This document shows, piece after piece, positions 12,107-22,858 of a stretch of 64,000 bases of DNA. Both the position numbers and the translations under genes were made by a program. The stretch spans positions 114,266,001 to 114,330,000 of the forward strand of contig NC_042999.1 in assembly GCF_006345805.1 (NCBI RefSeq). Reading direction: 5' to 3'. Each line of letters begins with the position of its first letter. Position 1 is the first letter of the stretch. The stretch is from Octopus sinensis (Eukaryota). The notes beneath the pieces were generated by a model, which saw only the letters and a list, made by a program, of their open reading frames with translations, was not told the origin of the DNA and did not search any database.

Positions 12107-13963
12107 CACACGATGTACCCCTGCATATTTGTGGTTAGGCATTCGCAGTCCTGGTTATTCGCAGAATCGTAAATATCATCTGTGATTTTTTATGGCACCT
12201 TTTGTTGCAATATATACTCTTTCACACTTTTTAAGGCTAAACTATTGATAATAATAAATTGTATTTGCTGGTTTACTGGACGCCTCTTCGCAGCTGAAGG
12301 TCCCTCTGATTAGAATGTGTCAAGTTGCTTGATTTTTTAAAAATACAAGTACACTGTATCTTGTACCTCTTATTCCTGCTTTCAATCAAAGCTTGCTAAT
12401 CAGTATATTGACTACCAGCGCATTTATTAAAAATCATGGCTACATTTGATCATACACAATGTTTATTTCAACAGGATAATTTTTAAGGTCATGAGCCAAT
12501 ATAGCTGCGTTGAAATTAGGTTACTTGCTGGTCTGTCTCTCTCTTTTGTAGGTTTTCTTTTTTTTTTTGAAAAACTGTGTTCAGTAGCTATCTCCAGTAT
12601 TTTGTTGAGTGTTGTGTTTTTCATGGTGTGTTATTAAAACTCTAAGGTGCTGCCCAAATGCCCTACACCTTCTAAGGCTTCTGTTAGTGAACCTAAGCTC
12701 CAGAAAAAAGTTATGAAGCTTCATGAGATGGCACAAGTTCCGGAAAGGTAAAAGTTATGCTGCAGTAAGTCACTATTAAGTTGTCAACAAAAGCACAATA
12801 CACTACATAAAGAAGAACGAGGTGGCAATCAGGACATATATCAGTAAGTTTCTGTGTATGTACCAAAAAGATAATGATAATGAGAAATAAGCATTTCATC
12901 AGGATAGAATCTACCTTGGCATTGTGGATCAGTGACTGCAAGAAGAAAAACATCCCCTTGAGCAGAAACATCATCCGCAAGAATACCTCCAAAATGCTTG
13001 CATGGAATTCAAGGTATTGCTTGTTATGCATAATGCTGGTAGTTACTCTTTGGATTTGAATCACGAGGGAGCTTAAATCGAGTTCTTCTCTGCCAACACC
13101 ACCTCCTTCGTCCAGCCTATGGATCAAGGCATGATCCGTGCCTTCAACTCTCTCCAACATGTTGTGGATGCAATGGATTCGGACGAGAATTTCAAGTTAA
13201 AGGAGTACTGGCGTAACTTCAGGATCGCAACGTGCCTGTCAGTCATCCACGCTGCTCTTGAAGACATTAAGAAAGAAACCATCATTGCATGCTGGAAGGT
13301 GTGACCAGAATGTGTCCAGGACTACGAGGGCTTCTCACCTGAAGATATTCAGCATAAGATTGTCAACAATGTGATGAAACTGACAAAGGTGCTTGGTGGC
13401 AAAGGTTTTGACGACATCACACAAGATGAAGTCAACAACCTTATTGATGCCCACTCTGAAACCCTGACAGATGACGATTTGTTGGAGTTAACTAAGTCTG
13501 TCAGCAAAGAGGTGGAGGAAGTGCCAGATCCAGAGCAAAAGGAGGATGAAGTGGATCTGGCAACCAAATGTCTGTCTGACCTTTTAATGACAGCAAAGGA
13601 ATTGCAAAGGATGGCGGAAGCATAGGATCTCTATATGGTTCAGTCTCTCCAATTTAAATATGCCATCGATGCTGCCATGCAGACATATAAAACTCTCCTC
13701 ACCATAATGAAGAAACAACGACAGCAACTTCCCATCACAATGTTCCTTAAGCTCATCAAGAAAGCCTTGCATACGACAATTCCTAAAACACCTGAAGGAG
13801 AAGTATCACCTGAAGAGCTTTAAGTCTTCTTTGTTGCGCAGTCATTACCTTCATTCTTTACATCATTGTCTTAAATCAATATCATTCATTATTTGTGAGT
13901 AACCGTACATTTTACTTCAATTTTTATTAAATTATTATTAAATATTGTGTATGTGTATATGTA

Positions 13964-14007
<44 letters not shown>

Positions 14008-14601
14008 ATGGATAATAAAACAAATGGTTTACACCTGGTAGCTTATTGGTAAAGCAGTCACTTTCAGAATGATCTTTAGGTATATAGCAAATAAAAGACA
14101 GAAAATGGAACATACGAGAATTTATTATTAATCATGACAATTGTTTCAACACACCTACCATCGATTCCTCTTGAGTGGGACGCTCAACAACTGGTTCAGG
14201 ATCATCTAGTGGTGCAGATGTATCTCGTCGGGTGACAAATAAATACAACTTGTTAAAATGACTGTTTTGCAAAGTAACTTTCTGTTTTGTAGACAGAAAA
14301 GCAGCCAGACGGAGGAAATATCTTCATTTATATAGAAGATCAAAAATAAAAACCAGTTGTTGAGTGTCCCACTCAAGAGGAATTGATGCTAGATGTGTCG
14401 AAACAATTGTTGTGATTAATAATAAATTCTAGTATATTCCATCTTGTGTCTTTCATTTGCTATATATATATATATCATATTTTATGTTTATATTTTGACA
14501 TTTATAGGCATTTTTATGGACCCCCTTCAATATTTGCAATTTTTCACTATTCGCAGGTGCTCTAGGAACGTAACCCCCCAATGAATACCGAGGAACTACT
14601 G
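12107..14601 (+). mobile_element. Tigger/pogo DNA transposon, internally deleted
   Basis: Right TIR ..taacccccaatgaataccgaggaactactg|TA; degenerate left TIR after TA. CENP-B-type HTH remnants at 12650-13050 (..ESTLALWISDC.KKNIPL..). DDE_1 tail QPMDQG.IRAF at ~13110. C-terminal ..KKQRQQLPITMFL. Confidence 0.85.
14081..14466. mobile_element. Foldback element with 116-bp inverted arms (MITE or Penelope-like terminal remnant) inserted in the Tigger
   Basis: Arms 14081-14196 and 14351-14466 are reverse complements (e.g. ttcctcttgagtggga / tcccactcaagaggaa) around a 154-bp spacer, with TA-rich flanks. Confidence 0.75.
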
Positions 14602-14858
14602 TATGTGTGTATATATATATATATCATCATCATCGTTTAACATCCGCTTTCCGCGCTAGCACGGGTTGGACGGTTCGACCGGGTCTGGGAAGCCAGGGGC
14701 CGCTCCAGGCTCCAGTCTGAATCTGGCAGAGTTTCTACGGCTGGATGCCCTTCCTAACGCCAACCACTCCGTGAGTGGATTGGGTGCTTTTTACGTGCCA
14801 CCTGCACAGGGGCCGGAGGGTCCGGCATCGGTCACGATCGGTTCGAGCTTTTAACGTG

Positions 14859-17800
14859 TCAGCGGCACGGGGGCAACGAGGTCCGGGGTACTTTGGGGAT
14901 CGGGGTACTTTGGGGATCCAGGGTACTTTGGGGATCCGGGGTACTTAGAATGGGTAGGGGGTAAGTGGAATTGCTGCAGAAAGCAGCCCGGGTCTTTGTA
15001 GTCACAGCATATCTCCAGAGATCTCGGTCCTTCGCCATTGCCTCAGTGAGGCCCAATGCTCTGAGGTCATGCTTGACTACCTCATCCCATGTCTTCCTGG
15101 GTCTACCTCTCCCCCTGATACCTTCAACTGTTTGGGAGTGGGACTTCTTCACACATCTCTCTTCATCCATCCGCAGCACATGACCATACCATCGCAAGCG
15201 TCGCTCTTGCACACCACATCTGATGCTTCTTATATCCAGCATTTCTCTCAGGATGCTTACACTCTGTCTTGCGTGCACACTGACACTACCTATCCAGCGG
15301 ATCATGCTAGCTTCATTTCTTTCAAGTCTACGCATGTCTTCTGCAGTCACAGCCCATGTTTCATTACCGTGGAGCATGGCAGTTCGCACACATGCATCAT
15401 ATAATCTACCTTTCGCTCTGAGGGAGAGACCTTTTGTTGCCAGTAGGGGTAGGAGCTTTCTGAACTTTGCCCAGGCTATTCGTATTCTAGTGGTGATACT
15501 CTCTGTGCATCCACCTCCGCTACTAACTTGGTCACCCAGGTAGCGGAAACTATCAACTACTTCTAGTTTCTCTCCCTGGAGTGTGATGGAATCTGTTTTC
15601 TGAGTGTCTGTTGTGTCTATTGTCCCTGTGCATCTGCCGCACATGAAAGCTATCTTATCTGTTAATTTCCCTTTAATGTTGCTGCACCTCTTATGTGTCC
15701 ATAACTTACATTGGGTGCATCTTATGGAGTTTCTACCTGTACCTTTCCTACAGGTTGAGCAGGGCCACCTACCCGAGGGGGTGTGTGCTGAGTACCTCTT
15801 GCTGCTTACTAATACTTTGGTCTTTGCTACATTTATTCTAAGGCCCTTTGATTCCAACCCTTGCTTCCACACCCGAAATTTCTCTTCTAGTTCCGGTAGT
15901 GATTCTGCTATGAGAGCTAGGTCATCGGCATAGAGGAGCTCCCAGGGGCATCCCGTTTTGAATTCCTCTGTTATTGCCTGAAGGACTATGATGAATAAAA
16001 GGGGACTGAGGGCTGAGCCCTGGTGCACACCTACTTCTACCCGGAATTCTTCACTATATTCGTTGCCAATCCTAACCTTGCTGACAGCCTCTCTGTATAG
16101 AGCCTGTACAGCCCTTATTAGCCATTCTTCAATCTCCAGTTTCCGCATCGACCACCAGATAAGGGAACGGGGAACCCTGTCAAAGGCTTTCTCCAAGTCT
16201 ACAAAAGCTATGTAGAGGGGTTTATCTTTAGCTAGGTACTTCTCCTGCAGTTGTCGGACCAGGAATATAGCATCAGTGGTGCTTCTACCTGGTACAAAAC
16301 CGAACTGCATTTCATCTAAACAAATTCTCTCCCTAATGAGATTGGTTATGACCTTCTCTGAGACCTTCATCACCTGGTCCAACAGTTTGATACCTCTGTA
16401 GTTATTTCTATCTAGAGCATCACCCTTACCCTTGTAGCAGTTGACTATGGTGCTGCTGCACCAGTCATTGGGTATGACTCCATTGTGAACTACCTGGTTT
16501 ACAATGCGGGTGACTATGGCATAGCCCACATAGCCAGCTGTTTTAAGCATCTCAGCAGTGATTCCTGATAGGCCAGGGGCTTTGCCTGGTTTCATATCCT
16601 TAATTGCCTTATCTACAAGGGAGCTGTCTATTCGGGTAGCTGGTCCCTCTACTGGGTCAACATTTGGCAGGCTCTCCTCCTCCCATTCATTCTCCTCATT
16701 CAGTAGTCTTTCATAATGGCTTCTCCAAGCCTCTTTCTTTTCACTAGTAGTAAAAGCAAGTGCCCCATCATCCATGCGGACACATTTCTCTCCTATAACA
16801 TCGCTATTTTCTCTGACACACTGTCTAGCAATCCGAAATACTTCAGCTCTTTGATCCTCGCGACGCTGGACATTGGCAAACTTCTTCTTTTCTGCTACAT
16901 CTTTGGCAATGTATACCTGCCGCCCAGCCTCCCTTTTGGCTATCTGGTACAGTTCCCTGCTGCCCCCATCCTTCCAGGCTTTCCAGGCCCGTCTCTTTTC
17001 ACAGATGGCTTTATCTACTGCACTTTTCCACCACCACGTAATTCTAGGTCTGGGAGGGACTTTGCACCATCCACAGACTTGGTCTGTGGCACTCAGCAAG
17101 CTGTCCCGTAGGAATTCCCAGCTACCTTCTATGTCTGACGTCTGAAGCTCCTCCTCCCTCTCATCAAATTTCTTGATGAGTATGTCCCTAAATTTCTGAC
17201 CATGCGAAGGGTTCTTTAGCCTCCAAATCCTTCTTTTCTGGATTGGTTTGTTTCTTGGAGTCCTTCTGGCCTCAAGCTTAAAGTCACTGATGATTAGTCT
17301 ATGCTGAGGGATACATTCTTCACCCGGGAGGGTCTTTGTATTCAAGAGCAACCCTGCATCCCGTTGTCTGATGAGGATGAAGTCTATTTGGCTAGCGGAG
17401 TCTCCTGACTGATAAGTTATAAGGTGGCAGACTGGCTTCTTGAAGTTAGTGTTGCAGATTGAAAGGTTACATGCATCACAGAATTCCAGCAGTCTAGTTC
17501 CCTCATCATTTCTGGTGCCAATACCATAGCCACCATGTACCCCAGTGAAGATACCCGATTCCCGCCCAACATGCCCATTAAAATCTCCACCTACAAAGAT
17601 GAGGTCCTTGTTACTAGTCTTTGAAGTAGCCTGCAGAAGGGTATCATAAAAGTTGTCCTTCTGATCATTTGGTAGTCCCGCTTGTGGGGCATAGGCTGAG
17701 ATAATCATAGCTGTGCCACTCTGTAGGACCAACCTGAGCTTAAGCACTCTATCACAAACCCTGACAACCTCTATGACCTTATCCACCCATTCCTCCGCAA

Positions 17801-18161
17801 GGAGAATGCCTACACCCCCTACACCTTCCGCGTTACCTTGCCAGTAGAGTTTGTACCTAAGTGCCTTGCCCGTGAGGACCCTAGCCGAAGCATCTCTCCA
17901 TCTTACCTCTTGTATGCAGCATACCTCAACCTGTCTTCTCTCTAGCATCTCTACAATCTCACTAGACTTGCCTGTCAATGTACCAACATTGATAGTGCCA
18001 ACTCTGAAAACTGGGAAGGAGATGTGGGGGGGACGGGGGGGATTCGGCGCCTGAGAAGAGGAGGGTTGTTGTGGTGGTGATAGTTTTCGTGGTATTTTTC
18101 TTTTGATCTCTCTTCCAACCTGACCACGCCGTGGGCAGGAGCTGGTGTTAGCAGTGGACAT
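14859..18161 (-). CDS. RTE ORF: APE endonuclease + reverse transcriptase + internal PHD finger
   Basis: APE motifs GTINVGTL, CIQEVRW, SAYAPQ, GGDFNGHVG, SQIDFILI, HRLII. RT motifs KAPG..GI, NYRGIKLL, QFGF, AFVDLEKAFDRVPR, GVHQGSALSPLLF, LYADDLAL, KTK, YLG. C4HC3 finger CSTC..CTQC..WTHKRC..CGRC. Confidence 0.95.
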   Translation of the reverse strand: MSTANTSSCPRRGQVGREIKRKIPRKLSPPQQPSSSQAPNPPRPPHISFPVFRVGTINVGTLTGKSSEIVEMLERRQVEVCCIQEVRWRDASARVLTGKALRYKLYWQGNAEGVGGVGILLAEEWVDKVIEVVRVCDRVLKLRLVLQSGTAMIISAYAPQAGLPNDQKDNFYDTLLQATSKTSNKDLIFVGGDFNGHVGRESGIFTGVHGGYGIGTRNDEGTRLLEFCDACNLSICNTNFKKPVCHLITYQSGDSASQIDFILIRQRDAGLLLNTKTLPGEECIPQHRLIISDFKLEARRTPRNKPIQKRRIWRLKNPSHGQKFRDILIKKFDEREEELQTSDIEGSWEFLRDSLLSATDQVCGWCKVPPRPRITWWWKSAVDKAICEKRRAWKAWKDGGSRELYQIAKREAGRQVYIAKDVAEKKKFANVQRREDQRAEVFRIARQCVRENSDVIGEKCVRMDDGALAFTTSEKKEAWRSHYERLLNEENEWEEESLPNVDPVEGPATRIDSSLVDKAIKDMKPGKAPGLSGITAEMLKTAGYVGYAIVTRIVNQVVHNGVIPNDWCSSTIVNCYKGKGDALDRNNYRGIKLLDQVMKVSEKVITNLIRERICLDEMQFGFVPGRSTTDAIFLVRQLQEKYLAKDKPLYIAFVDLEKAFDRVPRSLIWWSMRKLEIEEWLIRAVQALYREAVSKVRIGNEYSEEFRVEVGVHQGSALSPLLFIIVLQAITEEFKTGCPWELLYADDLALIAESLPELEEKFRVWKQGLESKGLRINVAKTKVLVSSKRYSAHTPSGRWPCSTCRKGTGRNSIRCTQCKLWTHKRCSNIKGKLTDKIAFMCGRCTGTIDTTDTQKTDSITLQGEKLEVVDSFRYLGDQVSSGGGCTESITTRIRIAWAKFRKLLPLLATKGLSLRAKGRLYDACVRTAMLHGNETWAVTAEDMRRLERNEASMIRWIGSVSVHARQSVSILREMLDIRSIRCGVQERRLRWYGHVLRMDEERCVKKSHSQTVEGIRGRGRPRKTWDEVVKHDLRALGLTEAMAKDRDLWRYAVTTKTRAAFCSNSTYPLPILSTPDPQSTLDPQSTPIPKVPRTSLPPCR

Positions 18162-18592
18162 TCGTTATCGTCACTGAGTAACGTAATTAGGTAGAGGAAA
18201 GAAATACAGATATTCTAGAGTTGAGTTGGGGAGGGGGGGGTCCAGTTGAGAAAGGTTTCACCAGTGAAAGAGAGGGAGAGATAGTAGAGGGTGCGGGTAA
18301 TATAGGGGAGCAACCAGTGGGGAAGGTTGGGGTAAGGAGGAACGATGGCAGGAAGGGTTGGTGTAGGTTCGTAAGAAATAAAAACGTAGGATATTACGAG
18401 ACGGAAGGGTACTAAAAGGGGATGGTCGGATTGAGGCAGTGTCAGGAGGAAGCGTAAGATCGGTGGGCAGTTGATGAGCTATGGCGCTAGCAGCTTGTCT
18501 TTTCACAGTGAAAGCATATGAGGAGAAGGGGTAGTGGGGGGGGAGGAGGGAGTAGGGCGTATCCGGTGTAGATGGTGAGAACAGGGTATACT

Positions 18593-18713
18593 GGTATTGG
18601 TGGTGGGGGTGAGAACAGTGTTCACCGGTATTGGTGGTGGGGGTGAGAACAGTGTTCACTGGTATTGGTGGTGGGGGTGAGAACAGTGTTCATCGGTATT
18701 GGTGATGGGGGTG
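18593..18713. repeat. 34-bp tandem repeat, 3 full copies plus partials, in the RTE 5' UTR
   Basis: Unit ggtattggtggtgggggtgagaacagtgttcacc starts at 18593, 18627, 18661 and 18695. Confidence 0.9.
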
Positions 18714-18730
18714 GGGGGGCGGGCGCACCG

Positions 18731-19368
18731 CCGATGGCGGAAAGATGGGGAAAGATGGGATTAAGGCTTGAGGTAGCCTAAGGTTAAATTTCGTAGAGAG
18801 AGAGATAGGAAAGATAAATCAAGTTATGGCGAAGGCTTGAAAGTAGCCTAAAAGGTTAAATTTTCGTAGTGAGAGAGATGGGTAAGACGAATCAAGTTAT
18901 CAATGTATGAATAAACGTAGTAACAACGAATGAATGTATGTCGCGCTATGTATGGAAAAATAAAAATAGTAAGATAAATTTTTAAAACTTGCTGTGGGCA
19001 TCGACCGGGAGTTGAAATTGAAGAAGAAAGTAAGTTGAATTGGGAATTTAAATTGTAGAATCGTAATGGTAATGGCGATTTTCAAGTTTTAGCATAAGAA
19101 GAAGAGGAGGAGGAAAGACCACCGATGGCGGAAAGATGGGGAAAGATGGGATTAAGGCTTGAGGTAGCCTAAGGTTAAATTTCGTAGAGAGAGAGATAGG
19201 AAAGATAAATCAAGTTATGGCGAAGGCTTGAAAGTAGCCTAAAAGGTTAAATTTTCGTAGTGAGAGAGATGGGTAAGACGAATCAAGTTATCAATGTATG
19301 AATAAACGTAGTAACAACGAATGAATGTATGTCGCGCTATGTATGGAAAAATAAAAATAGTAAGATAA

Positions 19369-19375
<7 letters not shown>
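18731..19375. repeat. 254-bp direct repeat (18731-18984 and 19122-19375; period 391 bp) in the RTE 5' UTR
   Basis: Both copies run from ccgatggcggaaagatgggg to gtaagataaattttta and looked identical by eye. Each contains an internal ~65-bp sub-repeat (aaggcttga..gtagccta..aatcaagttat). Confidence 0.92.
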
Positions 19376-19420
<45 letters not shown>

Positions 19421-19686
19421 TATATACACACACACGTTTGTCCTCCACCACTGCTTGATAGCTGGTGTCTTGGTATGTTTGTGTTCCTCTAATTTTGTAT
19501 AAAGTATCAGACTTCTTAAAAAAAAGAAAAAAAAAGAATGAGGTCAATCTGCTTGACTAAACCCTTCAAGGTAGTGCCCCAGCATGATCACAGTCCAATG
19601 ACTGAAACAAGAAAAAGAAAAAAAAACCCAAAACAAACAAACAAAAAGCAAAACAAACAATATTAAGTAAATATATGTATATTTAC

Positions 19687-19793
19687 CAGTGATATCAAGC
19701 ACTTCTGGTCTTTCGTATGTGTCATTGTAGAAAGTCTGTAGTAGTTTGGCACCATGACCTAATTTCTGGAAGGGGGGCAGTATGAGAACTTGG
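19687..19793 (-). CDS. HAT1: HAT1 internal coding exon (107 nt) with acetyl-CoA-binding motif A
   Basis: Acceptor tttcatttacag| and donor |gtaaat. Translates (S)QVLILPPFQKLGHGAKLLQTFYNDTYERPEVLDIT+g, with the GNAT QxxGxG motif (QKLGHG). In frame with exon 44197-44301 across a 24,403-bp intron. Confidence 0.96.
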
Positions 19794-19993
19794 CTGTAAA
19801 TGAAACCATGCAGACAAAAGATTAGTTACTGATGACAAAGAATACAAGATAAATTATAAGATTGGTAATGACTGTGTGTGTGCGTGTGTGTGTGTGTGTG
19901 TAAAGAAGTAGATAAGCAGGTTAAATAAAGATAATCATTTCCATTACTTTAATGGTGAGTGGCAAGTTAGTGAGGGATGGTATTGCACTAGAC

Positions 19994-20262
19994 CAATGAT
20001 TCTCAAACTTCTTTGGGCTGCTGCCCCCTTGGCATCCTGACCACATTCCTGACCCCAGCCCCTACCCCACAAATGCAGACCATTTTCAGTAGCAAATTCA
20101 AAACAACAGTATTTCACAAATGAAACTTAACCCAATCAACCTATTATTTTGTTTGCTTTTACATCCATTGCCCCTTTCCGGCCACATCATTAATGCCCCT
20201 CCCCATCTGAATCTTTCTACCACCCACCAGAGGGACAATGACACTCACTTTCAGAACCACTG
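19994..20262. mobile_element. hAT/Charlie-type MITE
   Basis: Termini caatgattctcaaac ... tttcagaaccactg. Flanks cactagac / tgctagac resemble a degraded 8-bp TSD. A related copy starts at 63728. Confidence 0.75.
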
Positions 20263-21000
20263 TGCTAGACTAAAAGTTTTTTACTTTTTAGCATTTAATC
20301 CAGCCATACATATCTGGCCCAAATATTCTACCTGTTTTAAGTTAAAACTGACCAGATCCAACTTCTCACACCTACCCCATAATTTCTGGTAAATAAATAT
20401 TCTCAATTAAAATTAAATAATAGTAATATTGTCAAATAAGTTATGTTGTGATACACTCATGCCATATTTAAAAAAAAAGTCTGCATGCTTAATAAGTAAG
20501 TATATACTTTGATAAAGGGTTTGATAAATTGCCATGAGATTTCAAACTCTGAGAGAGAGAGAGTGTTTAGAGGTCAGAAGTCTAGAGTATGAGGTGGGGG
20601 AAAAACCCTGGAAAGCAGAGGAAGAAAGCCAATACCTGGAATAAAGCAATAGGAGAAGTTGAGGGGTTCCAAGAAAAGAGGAAGGAAGTGGAGTGGCAGA
20701 AAGCAAGTAGCTGAAAAGGGGGACAAATAATAAGGTTGCCTAAAAACACTACTACATATTCTTACTTGGGAAAACCCATTAGTAGTAAACAGATTGTATA
20801 CAAGCACATACAGCCTTACTAGAGCAGAACATATGCAGCATACATTCAAACATAATACCATTATTTACAAGCCTCCCTGCCCTACACACCGATAAGCATA
20901 TTATTATTATGCAGACACAAATATATAGGAATATACACATGCATAACATACATACCTATATACACACACACACAATATATATATATATATATATATATAT

Positions 21001-21420
21001 AGGCACAAGTGTGGTTATGTGGTAAGAAGCTTGCTTCCCAACCACATGGTTCTGGGTTCAGTCCCACTGCAGGGCACTTTGGGCAAGTGTCTTCTACTAT
21101 AGCTTTGGACAGACCAAAGCCTTGAGAGTGGATCTGGCAGATGGAAACTGAAAGAAGCCCATCATATATATATATGACAGGCTTCTTTATATATGTATAT
21201 ATATCTGTGTGTATCTTTGTGTCTGTCTCCACCACCATCACTTGACAACTGGTGCTGGCGTGTTTACACCCCCATAACTTAGTGGTTCAGCAAAAGAAGC
21301 TGATAGAATAAGTACCAGACTTTGAAAATATATATATATAAGTTCTGGGGACTAAAATTTCAAGGCAGCACCTCAGCATGGCTGCAGTCTAATGAGTGAA
21401 ACAAGTAAAAGAATAGAAGA
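21001..21420 (+). mobile_element. SINE (same family as 11661-12095)
   Basis: Head gtggtaagaagcttgcttcccaaccacatggttc..; internal (TA)n; tail ..gcatggctgcagtctaatgagtgaaacaagtaaaaga. Confidence 0.8.
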
Positions 21421-22382
21421 GTGTATCATTGTCATCACCACAAAATATCCACTTTCTATGCTGGAATAGGCTGGATCATTTGACACGGTCCAGTAAGCCA
21501 CAGTGCCTGTTGTCAAGCACCAAACCCAGCTTTGGCATGACTTCTATGGGTGGATGTCCTTCCTACCCCAACCACTTTACAGTGTGTACTAGGTGCTTTT
21601 TAAAAAATTTTATGCTATTAGCACTAGTGAGGTTGCCAAGTAAATTGCAAAACAAGAAAAGATCAGGAATAAGAGGGGAGAAGGGAAATGCTTCTAAATG
21701 AATAAACAGGACAGAGGACACTGTGTGAGATTAGAAAGGAGGTGGGGGGGGGGCAGAGCCATAAGAAGTTGAAGCATTCACACATTGGCACTGAAGAATA
21801 ACAGACCCCCAAAGTTGAAAGTTTATTAATCCTTCAATGAAAGACAAGCAAGTACAAGCAATAAACTAGGATCCAAGTGAATCAATTACATCCACCCCTT
21901 CCCATATGCCTCATACCTACATGATAAAAGGAAAAGCGTTTTGTAACAAAAAAAAAAAAATCAATATTTATCAGCTAATTTTTTTATTTGTTTCAGTCAT
22001 TTGACTGCAACCATGCTGGAGCATTGCCTTGCTATTTATTCTAAATTAAAATAGATTTCCTCAACACCATCACCTATTTCTAGTAGGTTAAATATTTATA
22101 ATCGGTAATTATAAAACAAAACACACACACACACACCTGCTATAAATTCAGATTATTGGATGTTTCAAATTCCTTTTTTCTCATAACAAACGAGAGCAGG
22201 TTGAAAAAGCTAAGTATGCATGTGTGTGGTTTACTCAAAGTTAGGAACCGATACACAGAAATTAAATCAGTGAATCACTCCCTACTCAGTGCCTGCTTGT
22301 TCTACCAGCCCCAGACTTGTCAGTTTCTAATACAAGTGCAGAGACATTAGGGAGTGAAGTGAGCAAGAATGAGTGTCAAGAG

Positions 22383-22546
22383 CAGTGGGTCCCACCTGCG
22401 ATCCATGGACCCCTGGTGGTCCACGAACTAAATTCAAAATTTCACAAATATACATACACATAAGGATAAGCATATTAAAAGGGGCCAGTGGGAAAACTCA
22501 TTTAAATAAAAAGGGTTCTTGGTAGCGAAAAGGTTGAGAACCACTG
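22383..22546. mobile_element. hAT-type MITE
   Basis: Termini cagtgggtccc ... ggttgagaaccactg. Confidence 0.65.
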
Positions 22547-22664
22547 GTCTAAAGTACCTTGATTGAGGTACTAGCATTACCTCAATGAATTTGCTGTTTA
22601 GATCCTAGTTAGTCCTGAGTGAGCAAGCCTATGTTCAAAAATATTCCAGTTGTGATCATCTCCC

Positions 22665-22858
22665 CTTTAGCCCTTTGGCATTTAAACTGGTCATATCCAG
22701 TCAAAATATTCTATCTACTTTTAAGTCCAAACTTGTCAGATCCAGCTTCTCACACCCATCCTACAGTGTCATTCTAAAAATAACATTCACATCACCCACA
22801 GCAATGTGAATAAATAAGCCATTGGTACAGTAATCTGAATGCCTAAGGGTTAGTTAGA
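22665..22858. mobile_element. piggyBac-like MITE family copy (also 47292-47520 in opposite orientation; partial at 20290-20385)
   Basis: Degenerate TTAACCCTTT ... AAAGGGTTAA-like ends. Internal sequence (ccagatcc..ttctcacacc..cc.ac) is shared among the three loci. Confidence 0.55.

Larger units (their letters stand above)
14623..19375 (-). mobile_element. Full-length, apparently intact RTE-clade non-LTR retrotransposon (~4.75 kb)
   Basis: One uninterrupted 1100-aa ORF, a ~1.2-kb 5' UTR and a (GAT)n 3' tail at ~14623-14634. (TA)n flanks both sides. CpGs are retained where sibling copies have lost them. Confidence 0.93.

Noticed and set aside
14965-18054. Multiple + strand ORFs overlapping the RTE ORF
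   Set aside because: Antisense shadow frames of a genuine coding sequence.
18258-18659. 133-aa ORF upstream of the RTE ORF as a possible ORF1
   Set aside because: Low-complexity Pro/Ser/Thr/His text from the CT-rich UTR and the 34-bp (non-triplet) repeat; no recognisable domain.
1-19686. Search for the next HAT1 exon (xEDPS...)
   Set aside because: No matching sequence found by eye. Donor-like sites at ~10580 and ~3245 have stops or the wrong translation. The exon is presumed left of the window.
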